Part shown: piece by piece, positions 7,706 to 16,992 of the stretch | Numbering within the stretch: position 1 is the stretch's first letter | Layout of the letters: every line of letters begins with the position of its first letter | Origin: a virus | Lineage: Duplodnaviria; Heunggongvirae; Uroviricota; Caudoviricetes | DNA length: 36,983 bases | Strand: one strand, 5' to 3' | Virus record (IMG/VR): IMGVR_UViG_3300028920_001939 | Position numbers and translations under genes: made by a program | The notes under the pieces: generated by a model | Seen by the model: only the letters and a program-made list of their open reading frames with translations | Database searches by the model: none | What the model was told of the DNA's origin: nothing

Positions 7706-9052
7706 ATGCAGAGAAGAATTTTGTTATATGAAGGCGCCGTGTCAACGCAAAAATTAAACGCTTGTAGCTCTATGATCCTTTTTAAAAATTTTATCAATTA
7801 CAGTAACAAAAAACAAAATTGGCAGTATCACTTTTTTTATCCAAAAGACAGCAAACACCAACACACAATCCCTTTCCCAGAGTTAAACAAACCCAACATA
7901 CACAACTACTCCCACCAAGCACCCGGAAGTTGGTATCGTTGGCATTTCAACGCAAATGCTATAAAAGACCACGTTAATATGTTTGATAACGATTTCGATT
8001 GTATATTTACCAACGACGTAGAAACAGCTCCACATTTCAACGAATTATTCAACCGCCGGTGGCATTTCGACATACCTATACTCGCATACTGGGATTGGGT
8101 AGAATTACCCGAAAACGGCGGAAACTTAGATAATTTCGTAGTTCAACTCGCTTCTGTATTAACAACCACAAAAACCGGTGTTAATTCCCAATGGCAGAAA
8201 GATATCATAATGAGATACGCCAAAAGATACTTTTCTCCAGATACAATAGAAAAACTTGAAGAAAAGATACAACCACTCTATATTGGCATAGAAACAGAAG
8301 AAATCAACAAATATCAACCCTTTGGCAATCAAGATAACGATTTCAAGATAATATGGAACCACCGAATATCACCACAAACTGGTTTCAACAAATTCATATC
8401 AAAGATAGATAAATTGTATAAGAAATACAACAATATCAAAGTTATAGTAACAAACCCAATAAATAAAGGTACAGTAAAGAAAAAACCCTATATCATAGAA
8501 TTACGAGATTTAGACCGTGCTAAATACTTCTCTATCATAAAAGATTGCCAACTTGGCGTTGGTTACTTTCAAAACTACTCTGCCTGGTCAATGTCCATAA
8601 CAGATGTAATCGGTTGCAACATACCGGTACTAGTACCAAACGACTTCGCTTTTAGAGAGATGTTGGAATGGAATTATCCCTATCTCTTTACAAACGATTT
8701 TGAGAAGAAACTCATATCAATAATCGAAAATTATCCAAAAGAGTATTTTATGAAGAAATACATAGATAAACACGATTGGAATAACAGAATAGATGATTGG
8801 ATATCATTTGTAGAAACATCATTCAACACCGATGAAAAATCCACCTCAAACAACAAAAACGTATTAGATATAGTTAAGAAACACAAAACACTACCAAAAC
8901 GTGAACTAGTCCAAAACATAATGAAATTCGGCTATATCATAAAATGGACACCCTTCCGCAACTACCTGCTCAATCACGGCGTAAACGAAGAAATATCAAA
9001 AAACACAATATACACTACAAAAGATCCAAAACATATCAAGAGGTGGTTATAA
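7706..9052 (+). CDS. GT-B fold (GT4-like) glycosyltransferase with C-terminal helical extension and PIP-like tail
   Basis: IIWNHR at start of the C-terminal Rossmann domain; SAWSMSITDVIGCNIPVLVPNDFAFREML resembles the GT4 E-x7-E region; GAGGT SD. Confidence 0.75.
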   Translation: MQRRILLYEGAVSTQKLNACSSMILFKNFINYSNKKQNWQYHFFYPKDSKHQHTIPFPELNKPNIHNYSHQAPGSWYRWHFNANAIKDHVNMFDNDFDCIFTNDVETAPHFNELFNRRWHFDIPILAYWDWVELPENGGNLDNFVVQLASVLTTTKTGVNSQWQKDIIMRYAKRYFSPDTIEKLEEKIQPLYIGIETEEINKYQPFGNQDNDFKIIWNHRISPQTGFNKFISKIDKLYKKYNNIKVIVTNPINKGTVKKKPYIIELRDLDRAKYFSIIKDCQLGVGYFQNYSAWSMSITDVIGCNIPVLVPNDFAFREMLEWNYPYLFTNDFEKKLISIIENYPKEYFMKKYIDKHDWNNRIDDWISFVETSFNTDEKSTSNNKNVLDIVKKHKTLPKRELVQNIMKFGYIIKWTPFRNYLLNHGVNEEISKNTIYTTKDPKHIKRWL

Positions 9053-9053
9053 A

Positions 9054-9185
9054 ATGAATTTCTGGGAAAGTCCTGAATGGTTCTGTATTCAAGTAACATT
9101 CTGGATTTTCGTTATAACAACATGCTTTTGTGGATTATTCTTATTTGTAAGATGGTTAAGGGATAAATATGAGAAAAGAAACTAA
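9054..9185 (+). CDS. Single-TM microprotein (43 aa)
   Basis: Manual translation; hydrophobic core; operon-style spacing. Confidence 0.5.
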   Translation: MNFWESPEWFCIQVTFWIFVITTCFCGLFLFVRWLRDKYEKRN

Positions 9186-9189
9186 AGAA

Positions 9190-9282
9190 ATGTATACCAC
9201 AATATTCTACATATTATTCATAGCATTCATAATCCTATCAATAATCGCATTCCTATCATTCTATTATCCAAATTGGTTATAA
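9190..9282 (+). CDS. Single-TM microprotein (30 aa)
   Basis: Manual translation MYTTIFYILFIAFIILSIIAFLSFYYPNWL. Confidence 0.45.
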   Translation: MYTTIFYILFIAFIILSIIAFLSFYYPNWL

Positions 9283-9283
9283 T

Positions 9284-9385
9284 ATGAAAAAAGAAAATAA
9301 AGATATGTTACTCGCTATATTAGCCGGAATATTACTGTTAGTTATATTGATACTATGGTATTACACCATCATGTTTCTGAAGTGA
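9284..9385 (+). CDS. Single-TM microprotein (33 aa)
   Basis: Manual translation MKKENKDMLLAILAGILLLVILILWYYTIMFLK. Confidence 0.45.
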   Translation: MKKENKDMLLAILAGILLLVILILWYYTIMFLK

Positions 9386-9389
9386 TATA

Positions 9390-9725
9390 ATGAAAAAAGC
9401 AATACTGATAATTATAATCATTCTTCTGCCTTTAACAGGTTGCATAGAAGAAAATCCAAGACCTTCTGATTTCTACGGCACTTGGATACCCTGTGATGAA
9501 ACAACAATAGATTACGGTTATTATTTTGATTCTATAGGCAACGTATTCAAAGCAATAAAGATAGGCGATGAAATCTTCTATATGAGATACTGCAATTGGC
9601 AACTACAACATCACATACTCGTTCTTTGTGGTCAACGCTTAAACTTCAAATTCGAAGGTAACAAACTCTACCTATATGATTTTCAAGATACAAGCACCGA
9701 AAAATGTTATGTGAAGGTGATATAA
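9390..9725 (+). CDS. Putative lipoprotein
   Basis: MKK + hydrophobic + LTGC lipobox followed by IEE. Confidence 0.7.
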   Translation: MKKAILIIIIILLPLTGCIEENPRPSDFYGTWIPCDETTIDYGYYFDSIGNVFKAIKIGDEIFYMRYCNWQLQHHILVLCGQRLNFKFEGNKLYLYDFQDTSTEKCYVKVI

Positions 9726-9983
9726 ACGAATAAATTTATCATAATAATTATATTATTTCTTTTGTTATCACCTATGTTAGTTTATTCTTCTGTTTCAAAT
9801 ACTAAAAAAGAAAAATATGGTGAATGGTCACCTTATTGGAAGATAGGAAATTTCCCTAACAGTTTATTCTACATAGTTAAAAATTGTTTAAAATATGATA
9901 ATTCATCTTCAATTATTGATTGTATAATAAAATGCATACATATTTATTTAGAGGCGAGAATCAATGCGTTGTCAAAAGTGTGA
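9726..9983 (+). CDS. Hypothetical secreted or membrane-anchored protein, probable ACG start
   Basis: Track ORF 9762..9983 extends in frame to ACG 9726, 5 nt after a GGTGA SD, giving the signal-like NKFIIIIILFLLLS. Confidence 0.55.
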   Translation, partial: TNKFIIIIILFLLLSPMLVYSSVSNTKKEKYGEWSPYWKIGNFPNSLFYIVKNCLKYDNSSSIIDCIIKCIHIYLEARINALSKV

Positions 9984-10500
9984 ATTGTATAAAACAAGAA
10001 AAAACATAGTTTTAGGTAGCGGCTCCATATCTTCAAGAATAATATTCATAGGTGAAGCACCTGGATTTCACGAAGATAGAGTAGGCAAACCCTTTGTTGG
10101 CAAAGCTGGTAAAATCTTCGATAATATGCTATCAACTATCAATCTCAACCGAAACCAAATATATCTTACAAACATAGTAAAATGCCGACCACCCAAAAAT
10201 CGCAATCCAACAGATGAAGAAATATCAACATGTAGCAAATATCTCGATATCGAAATCAGAAATATACAACCCAAAATTATCATTCCAATGGGAAAATTCG
10301 CAACACAATACATTCTACAGAAAAACGACATCAACTTCGAATCAATGTTTAAATCCCGTGGCGTATCAATAAAAACAAGAGATTACATAATCTACCCAAT
10401 CTACCACCCCGCCGCTCTTATCTATAACAACGATTTAAAATCAGTTATGAAAGATGATATGAAAAGAATAAAAGAAATTATAGAAGGTGATAAGAAATGA
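9964..10500 (+). CDS. udg: Uracil-DNA glycosylase, family 4 (4Fe-4S)
   Basis: CxxC N-terminus, GEAPG, PFVGKAG, TNIVKCRPPKNRNP, C-terminal YHPAA. Confidence 0.95.
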   Translation: MRCQKCELYKTRKNIVLGSGSISSRIIFIGEAPGFHEDRVGKPFVGKAGKIFDNMLSTINLNRNQIYLTNIVKCRPPKNRNPTDEEISTCSKYLDIEIRNIQPKIIIPMGKFATQYILQKNDINFESMFKSRGVSIKTRDYIIYPIYHPAALIYNNDLKSVMKDDMKRIKEIIEGDKK

Positions 10501-10715
10501 AGCGAGCAATTATGAAACCTTTTTTCTTTCTAACATCTCTATCAGCCGCTTGGATGATGGGAATAGGATTTAGGTTTTTAATGATGAGTGAAAGAGAGAT
10601 ATATATAAATAATTCATTCGACAAATTCTTCAATTGGGGTATTCTTATAATCTTAGGACTTTTACTTTTCATAACAACAATTTTTCTATATATCAAAAAT
10701 AATCAAAAACTATAA
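10497..10715 (+). CDS. Hypothetical 2-TM membrane protein
   Basis: GGTGA SD, ATGA overlap, two hydrophobic segments. Confidence 0.65.
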   Translation: MKRAIMKPFFFLTSLSAAWMMGIGFRFLMMSEREIYINNSFDKFFNWGILIILGLLLFITTIFLYIKNNQKL

Positions 10716-10740
10716 TAACCCTATAAACGATTCACTATAT

Positions 10741-10846
10741 GGTAAAGGCAGTCCACGTAAAATCCCATAGAAACGCAGGACAGATGATATTCAAAATATC
10801 TTGGTCGAAAATAAAACTTTTCTTGGTTGTGGCGACTGCCTTTGCC
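10741..10846 (+). ncRNA. Candidate structured RNA closed by a 13-bp stem
   Basis: GGTAAAGGCAGTC (10741-10753) pairs with GACTGCCTTTGCC (10834-10846); internal hairpin 10779-10806; lies in a ~260-nt gap. Confidence 0.45.
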
Positions 10847-10975
10847 CGTATTTTAACTCCACCTTGAAAAAATAAAAAACTATAAAACGGTCGAAAATTA
10901 TACATACCTTGGCAAACATATGATGCACTTGATAGGGAAAATAACACCATCAGGTGATATAAAGAGAGGTGGAAT

Positions 10976-11269
10976 ATGGAAATAAAAGGTATAAAAATTT
11001 TGTATTTTGTAGTAATATTATTGTGGATAGTATTTTTTACTCTTATGACACCCGCAATATTTAATGATGTTGGAGAAACACATATTGATAACGATGGAGT
11101 GCTTTATACAGAAACATTTGAAGGTTGCTTGATGAAAACTGCACAAGCAGCAGTTGCACTACTAATTTTATCATTACTAATTTTATCACCAGATATTGTG
11201 AAAAGATTTGAAAAAACTAAATTTGGTAAATGGTTACTTACTCCACCTCCCAACAGAGGCAAGAGATGA
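10976..11269 (+). CDS. Hypothetical 2-TM membrane protein
   Basis: GAGGTGG SD; two hydrophobic segments. Confidence 0.7.
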   Translation: MEIKGIKILYFVVILLWIVFFTLMTPAIFNDVGETHIDNDGVLYTETFEGCLMKTAQAAVALLILSLLILSPDIVKRFEKTKFGKWLLTPPPNRGKR

Positions 11270-11457
11270 TAAAAGAAATGTATTATGCTATGAAACATAC
11301 ATTTCAAAGAGATAAAGGTATTTGCCCTCGTTGTGGCTATAACGCTTTTGAACACGGTTTTATACCAGATGAAGATTATTACTGTACCAAATGCCACTTG
11401 TGGGAACCTGATTGGGAAAAACTTGAAAATGATTTAAAGAGAGTGATGAATGAATGA
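11266..11457 (+). CDS. Zn-ribbon protein
   Basis: CPRC...CTKC; ATGA overlap at 11266. Confidence 0.7.
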   Translation: MIKEMYYAMKHTFQRDKGICPRCGYNAFEHGFIPDEDYYCTKCHLWEPDWEKLENDLKRVMNE

Positions 11458-11783
11458 AAAAGATAATTATAGCAATATTGATACTATCAACCTTACTTTT
11501 AACAGGTTGCATAGAAGAAAGTTCATATCTAAATGAAGATTATGTTACAATTGTTGGTATATTATATGATTACAACGAAGAAGGTTATACTTTATATAGA
11601 ATGGATATAGATGAAAATATATCATATGCTTACAACGAAAAGTTAAGTTATGATATCGCCAAACAACTTAACAAAGGTGAATTGTATTATTTCGATTATC
11701 ATATATATGAAACTAAAGGCAACGTAGATCATATAATTTTATTATCAATACGAAACTCTGAAAATGTTACTGTGTGGAGTTAA
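11454..11783 (+). CDS. Putative lipoprotein
   Basis: MKK + hydrophobic + LTGC lipobox + IEE, same as 9390. Confidence 0.7.
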   Translation: MKKIIIAILILSTLLLTGCIEESSYLNEDYVTIVGILYDYNEEGYTLYRMDIDENISYAYNEKLSYDIAKQLNKGELYYFDYHIYETKGNVDHIILLSIRNSENVTVWS

Positions 11784-11785
11784 TA

Positions 11786-13624
11786 ATGAATGCTTTGATA
11801 TCAGTAGTAATACCCACGATACCAGAGAGAAAGAAATATTTAGATAACGCCATCAATTCAGTAAAAAATCAAACATACAAAAATATTGAATTGATAATCG
11901 TAACAGAAGGCAAATCAGCAGGAGCATCACGAAACATAGGTATCAAAAAAGCAAGAGGCAACTATATCGCGTTCCTCGACGACGATGATACTTGGCACCC
12001 AGAGAAATTAGAGAAGCAACTTAAACTTGCCGAAAAATATCCCAAATGCCCACTTATAACCTGTTACTCTCACGACAAACGATTCGGTCAAGATAAAATC
12101 AACAAACCACCCGAAGTTATCACTCAACGCAAAATACTAAACTCTTTTAACTATTCATCAACCTCAACATATCTAATAAACAGATACTATCTCAATCTTA
12201 TAGGTTTATTTGATGAATCATTACCTTCTGCTCAAGAATACGAACTTGCTATACGATTATCTGAAAAATACAATCCCAGATGTGTTCCCGAAGTACTCGT
12301 AACCCAAAATCCAACAGAAGGGCAAATATCAGAAAACTGGACAAAGAAAGCAAAAGGTATCAAACAAGTTTACAAAAAGCACAAAGAACTATTTTTGAAA
12401 GCTTCTAAGTTCAACAGAATAAAACTATACGGTTTATTTCTTGTTTTTTATGCAGGTCACATATTCGGCAACAAAATATACAAAATCATATCACCTATGA
12501 AACAACGATATGAAGATACAAAAGATATCATAATCTCTCGTGGCACCATCCAACACTTCGACAACCGCCTCGCACAAATATTCAAAGAATACGGCTACAA
12601 AACTTACAGCATATCAATATACAAACCCCAAGATGAATTCTTATCTAATTTTGAAAAATCCTACTATCTACTTGACAAATCTCTCAAATCAGAACAATCA
12701 TCAAAATCAGGCAAACTAAAAACAATCTTACGAATCGTAAACAGAATACCCAGATTATACAAAGCTAAAAAGCAACTAAAAGGTTCAACAGTAATAGGCG
12801 TATCTGAACCCAACACATTCATATCATATATCTTTCATCTATTCAGAAAATCAACCAAAATTTATTTCCCCTACGATATCACTTACTTCCGCTACGAAAA
12901 CTACAACAAAAACTCCTATCTCGAAAGATTCTGTGAAAAACGAAACTTCAACAAATGCAATGGCATAATCCACAAAGGTCCCGAAGATGAACTATCTTTA
13001 CTACCCTTCAACATAACAGATAAACCTTCAATACAATTCTTACCCTACTCTTGTATCAAATCACTACTGCCTATACAAGACAACTATTTAACAAAACTAA
13101 CCCTTGTTTACGTCGGCGGCGTTTACCCCAGTTACTCATTCCCAAACTTCCCCTCAACCGCTAAAATCTTCTCAAAGATAACTGAACTAAAAAATATCAA
13201 CCTACACATATATCCCTTGAATTATGATCAAATAAAAAACAGATTAGATTACTCAACACTCAACATTCATGAACCACTTTACAGCGACAATCTAATCAAA
13301 GAGATATCGAAATATGATTACGGCATATACATCTTCAATTTACACAAATCAAAACACAAGAAGCTCCTATCAACCGCTTTCGGCAACAAAGTATCAACAT
13401 ATCTCGAAGCAGGTCTCCCAGTGATAGTAAATAATGATTTGTCGTTTGTATCAAAGATAATACAAGATAACAAACTCGGCATTGTCATAAACGATATCAA
13501 TGATATAGAAAACATAAAAAAAGATTTTGATAGATATGAATTCGATAGAGCACGAAAGGAATTCACATTAGAAAAACATTTTCCAAGAATGATAGAATTT
13601 TTAAAAGAGGTTAAAAGCAAATGA
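11786..13624 (+). CDS. Two-domain glycosyltransferase: GT2 (GT-A) fused to a GT-B-like domain
   Basis: ISVVIPT, GASRNIGIKKARGNYIAFLDDDDTW (DxD), EYEL; C-terminal VYVGG and GNKVSTYLEAGLPVIV. Confidence 0.88.
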   Translation: MNALISVVIPTIPERKKYLDNAINSVKNQTYKNIELIIVTEGKSAGASRNIGIKKARGNYIAFLDDDDTWHPEKLEKQLKLAEKYPKCPLITCYSHDKRFGQDKINKPPEVITQRKILNSFNYSSTSTYLINRYYLNLIGLFDESLPSAQEYELAIRLSEKYNPRCVPEVLVTQNPTEGQISENWTKKAKGIKQVYKKHKELFLKASKFNRIKLYGLFLVFYAGHIFGNKIYKIISPMKQRYEDTKDIIISRGTIQHFDNRLAQIFKEYGYKTYSISIYKPQDEFLSNFEKSYYLLDKSLKSEQSSKSGKLKTILRIVNRIPRLYKAKKQLKGSTVIGVSEPNTFISYIFHLFRKSTKIYFPYDITYFRYENYNKNSYLERFCEKRNFNKCNGIIHKGPEDELSLLPFNITDKPSIQFLPYSCIKSLLPIQDNYLTKLTLVYVGGVYPSYSFPNFPSTAKIFSKITELKNINLHIYPLNYDQIKNRLDYSTLNIHEPLYSDNLIKEISKYDYGIYIFNLHKSKHKKLLSTAFGNKVSTYLEAGLPVIVNNDLSFVSKIIQDNKLGIVINDINDIENIKKDFDRYEFDRARKEFTLEKHFPRMIEFLKEVKSK

Positions 13625-14481
13625 GCAACACATACAAATGCCCAAAATGTGGGCAAGAAACTTTACAGGTTACAGAGAATCACAACAAAATAGGCGGCGT
13701 TTGTAGTAACTGTAATTATAAGTTTGTAAAAGATAAACAAAGCAAATCTTTAGTTATACTGAAACTGTTAAAAGAATATTCCTTTATCATAGCAATAGTA
13801 GCAATAGTAATCGTTGCAATATCATTTAGTGGTTTTAGTTCAGAAGATGCAAAACTCAATACTCGAATAAAAAATCTGAAAAGTGATATCGAAGAAGATA
13901 TAGGTGCAATTAATGTAAAGCTAAATGGATTAGATTCAGATATCAGCGCCCACGGAACTCTTATCAACGGTTTAACAAATAGATTAGAAAACGCTGAAAG
14001 CAATTTAACAGCACTAAAAAATCTACATTCTGATACAAGAAACATATTGTTACAATTAAATGATACAGTAAACAGCATATCTAAAAATGATATTATTGAT
14101 AACACTAAAGTATTTTTTAATATAACAAACTATGAAGATCAAAACATCTCTAACAGCAATTACTATGCCAACGCTGAGTTGAATATTATAAGTGAAGAAA
14201 CAATAAGTTTACTTGAATTTTATCTAACTTACCCCAACAGCAACATATCAATAGTAGATGAAAAAGTTATTAATGAAACATACTCGCAAACACTTAATTC
14301 TTACGATACTATAAATTTATTTAAGATAGGCGAATTTAAAAATTTCAATATCAATTTCAATATCACCTGGAATTCAACTCTGTATGATTCTACATTGATT
14401 TCTCACGCAGAAATTGTTCCAGTATTGAAACTTAACGCTACATATTTTAATGATATAAAATTTGAGGTGAAAACTGTATGA
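13621..14481 (+). CDS. Type II membrane protein: Zn ribbon, TM, coiled coil and sequon-rich ectodomain (putative surface/virion glycoprotein)
   Basis: CPKC/CSNC, TM FIIAIVAIVIVAISFSG, heptad-like stretch, 9 N-x-S/T sequons counted after the TM. Confidence 0.65.
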   Translation: MSNTYKCPKCGQETLQVTENHNKIGGVCSNCNYKFVKDKQSKSLVILKLLKEYSFIIAIVAIVIVAISFSGFSSEDAKLNTRIKNLKSDIEEDIGAINVKLNGLDSDISAHGTLINGLTNRLENAESNLTALKNLHSDTRNILLQLNDTVNSISKNDIIDNTKVFFNITNYEDQNISNSNYYANAELNIISEETISLLEFYLTYPNSNISIVDEKVINETYSQTLNSYDTINLFKIGEFKNFNINFNITWNSTLYDSTLISHAEIVPVLKLNATYFNDIKFEVKTV

Positions 14482-14924
14482 TACTTGAACCCGTAACAGA
14501 AGAAAATTTAGAGCTGATGTTAGCTTGGCGTTCTATACCTGAAGTTTACAAGTTTCAAGAAACACAAGATAAACCCTTCAAGTGGGAAGATCACTACAAT
14601 TGGTTTATTAACAGAAAGAACAGAGAAGATTATTTTATAATATATGAAGATAGAAGAATAGGTATAGTGAATGTAATTGCACTTAACGAAGATATACCTG
14701 AACTCGGCGTTTACATAGGCGAAACAACTCTTTGGGGAAATGGTTTGGGTTGTGAAGCAATAAAGATATTAATGCAAAGATTACAGAATAAAGGTTATGA
14801 AAAAGTATGTGCAACTACAAACAAAGAAAATGAAAGAAGTAATAAACTTTGGCAGAAGTTAGGATTTAAAAGAGAAAAAGAAGTCAAAGATGGTAAGGAG
14901 TGGCTATACATATGCAAGTTTTAG
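14478..14924 (+). CDS. GNAT N-acetyltransferase (PseH-like amino-sugar acetyltransferase)
   Basis: LAWRS, GVYIGE, WGNGLG acetyl-CoA loop, NERSNKLWQKLGF; context beside an aminotransferase. Confidence 0.8.
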   Translation: MILEPVTEENLELMLAWRSIPEVYKFQETQDKPFKWEDHYNWFINRKNREDYFIIYEDRRIGIVNVIALNEDIPELGVYIGETTLWGNGLGCEAIKILMQRLQNKGYEKVCATTNKENERSNKLWQKLGFKREKEVKDGKEWLYICKF

Positions 14925-15889
14925 TTACTGGCGGAAGTGGTTACGTTGGCTCTGTTTTAGTTAGAAAACTTATCAAAGAAGGTCATAACGTATCTGTTTT
15001 AGATAAGATGATGAGTGGCAACGAACCTTTGAGAGATATCAGAGATTCCATTGAGATATTTGATGGAGATATAAGAAACCTGGAACTTTTAAAAACTATT
15101 CTAACAAATACTGACGCTGTTATTCACCTTGCTTGCATATCTAACGACCCCGCTTCAGAATTGAATCACGAACTCACATTGGATATTAACTACAACGCAA
15201 CATACGGGTTACTCAACTTATCAAAAAAGTTAGGTGTTAAAAGATTCATATACGCTTCAACAAGTAGTGTTTACGGTATCAAAGAAGAAGAAAAAGTAAC
15301 TGAAGATTTACCTCTTGAACCTCTAACAATCTATTCTAAAACGAAAGCGTGGGCTGAAAGTGATATCTTAAAAAGCAACGCACCTGATTTTACCACAACA
15401 TCAATACGTTCCGCTACAGTATGTGGTTATTCGCCTTGTATGAGTTTTGATACTGTTGTTAATCTACTAACAGCATACGCAATCAATAACAATAAGATAA
15501 CAGTTTTCGGTGGTTCACAAAAAAGACCAAACATACACATCGACGACATAACAGATACTTATACTATGATGTTAACCGCTGATGAAGATAAGATAAAAGG
15601 TCAAGCATTCAATGTAGGATTTGAAAATCATACAGTAATGCAACTTGCTGAAATGATACGAAACATCATATCAAAGAATGTAGAAATCGAAGTTAAACCA
15701 ACAGATGATTTACGTTCATATCATATCTGTTCAGATAAAATCATCAACACACTCGGTTTCAAACCCAAGAAATCTATATCAGATGCGATACACGATATCA
15801 AAGAAGCATTTAAATCTGGTAAGATACCTGATTGGAAATCATATAAATATTATAATGTTAAAAAGATAAAGGAGTCAAATATCTTATGA
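14912..15889 (+). CDS. NAD-dependent NDP-sugar epimerase/dehydratase (extended SDR)
   Basis: VLVTGGSGYVGS, ASTSSVYG, YSKTK (YxxxK). Confidence 0.92.
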   Translation: MQVLVTGGSGYVGSVLVRKLIKEGHNVSVLDKMMSGNEPLRDIRDSIEIFDGDIRNLELLKTILTNTDAVIHLACISNDPASELNHELTLDINYNATYGLLNLSKKLGVKRFIYASTSSVYGIKEEEKVTEDLPLEPLTIYSKTKAWAESDILKSNAPDFTTTSIRSATVCGYSPCMSFDTVVNLLTAYAINNNKITVFGGSQKRPNIHIDDITDTYTMMLTADEDKIKGQAFNVGFENHTVMQLAEMIRNIISKNVEIEVKPTDDLRSYHICSDKIINTLGFKPKKSISDAIHDIKEAFKSGKIPDWKSYKYYNVKKIKESNIL

Positions 15890-16992
15890 GAAAGAATATA
15901 AATTATATCGGACTGAAAGAACAACACTCCACATTAAGAAATCAAATAATAAGAAGTGTAAATTCAGTATTAAATGATTCAATGTTTATACTCAGCAAGC
16001 AATTAGAAGAATTTGAAAAAACCTTTGCTGAATATGTAGGAGCAAAATACTGCGTGGGCGTAAATTCAGGTACCGATTCTTTATTCTTATCAATGAAAGC
16101 TTTAGGTATAAATCAGTATTCTTCAGTAATAACTGCACCAAACTCATTCTTAGCAACCGCTTCTTCTATAGTAGCAACAGGCGCACGACCTATCTTTGTA
16201 GATGTATCTGAAGATATGAATATCAATCCCGACTTGATAGAAGATGCAATTGAGGTTGATACAATCGCTACCATTCCAGTTCACTTAACAGGTCGCCCCG
16301 CAAAGATGAATAAGATTATGAGAATCGCTGAAGATAAAGGACTATATGTTATAGAAGATTGTGCTCAAGCAATAGGCACCAAATTCAAAGATAAGCACGT
16401 TGGCACATTCGGCGATATTGGCTGCTTCAGTTTCCACCCACTCAAGACACTAAACGCTTGTGGCGATGGTGGTGCTATCGTAACAAACAGTAAACGAATA
16501 TATGATAAGCTCTTACAGTTGAGAAACATTGGCTTGAAAGATAGAGACCACGCAGATTTGTGGGGTTACAACAGTAGATTAGATACACTACAAGCATCAA
16601 TACTTCTTACAAAGATGAAATACGTTAATTACTGGGTTGAGAAAAGAAGAAACAACGCTAAGATATATTCACATAATCTTAAAAATATTGTCAACACGCC
16701 TAAAGAAACAAAAGATGAATATTCTACATATCACACATATATAATAAAAACTGAAAACAGAAACCATTTACAATCTTATCTTAAAGATAACAGAATAAGA
16801 ACTGCAATTCATTATCCCATTCCAATACACTTACAGAAATGTGCACAATCACTCGGCTACAAGAAAGGGGATTTTCCCGAAACTGAAAAGCAAGCAGATA
16901 CAATCTTATCACTACCCATTTACCCCGAATTGAAAATAGAAGAAATAATGTATGTTATAGAGATGATAAAGAAATGGAAAGATGTGTTTTAA
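15886..16992 (+). CDS. DegT/DnrJ/EryC1/StrS PLP-dependent sugar aminotransferase
   Basis: VNSGTDSL, IEDCAQAIG, FSFHPLKTLNACGDGG, NSRLDTLQA, LSLPIYPEL. Confidence 0.95.
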   Translation: MRKNINYIGLKEQHSTLRNQIIRSVNSVLNDSMFILSKQLEEFEKTFAEYVGAKYCVGVNSGTDSLFLSMKALGINQYSSVITAPNSFLATASSIVATGARPIFVDVSEDMNINPDLIEDAIEVDTIATIPVHLTGRPAKMNKIMRIAEDKGLYVIEDCAQAIGTKFKDKHVGTFGDIGCFSFHPLKTLNACGDGGAIVTNSKRIYDKLLQLRNIGLKDRDHADLWGYNSRLDTLQASILLTKMKYVNYWVEKRRNNAKIYSHNLKNIVNTPKETKDEYSTYHTYIIKTENRNHLQSYLKDNRIRTAIHYPIPIHLQKCAQSLGYKKGDFPETEKQADTILSLPIYPELKIEEIMYVIEMIKKWKDVF

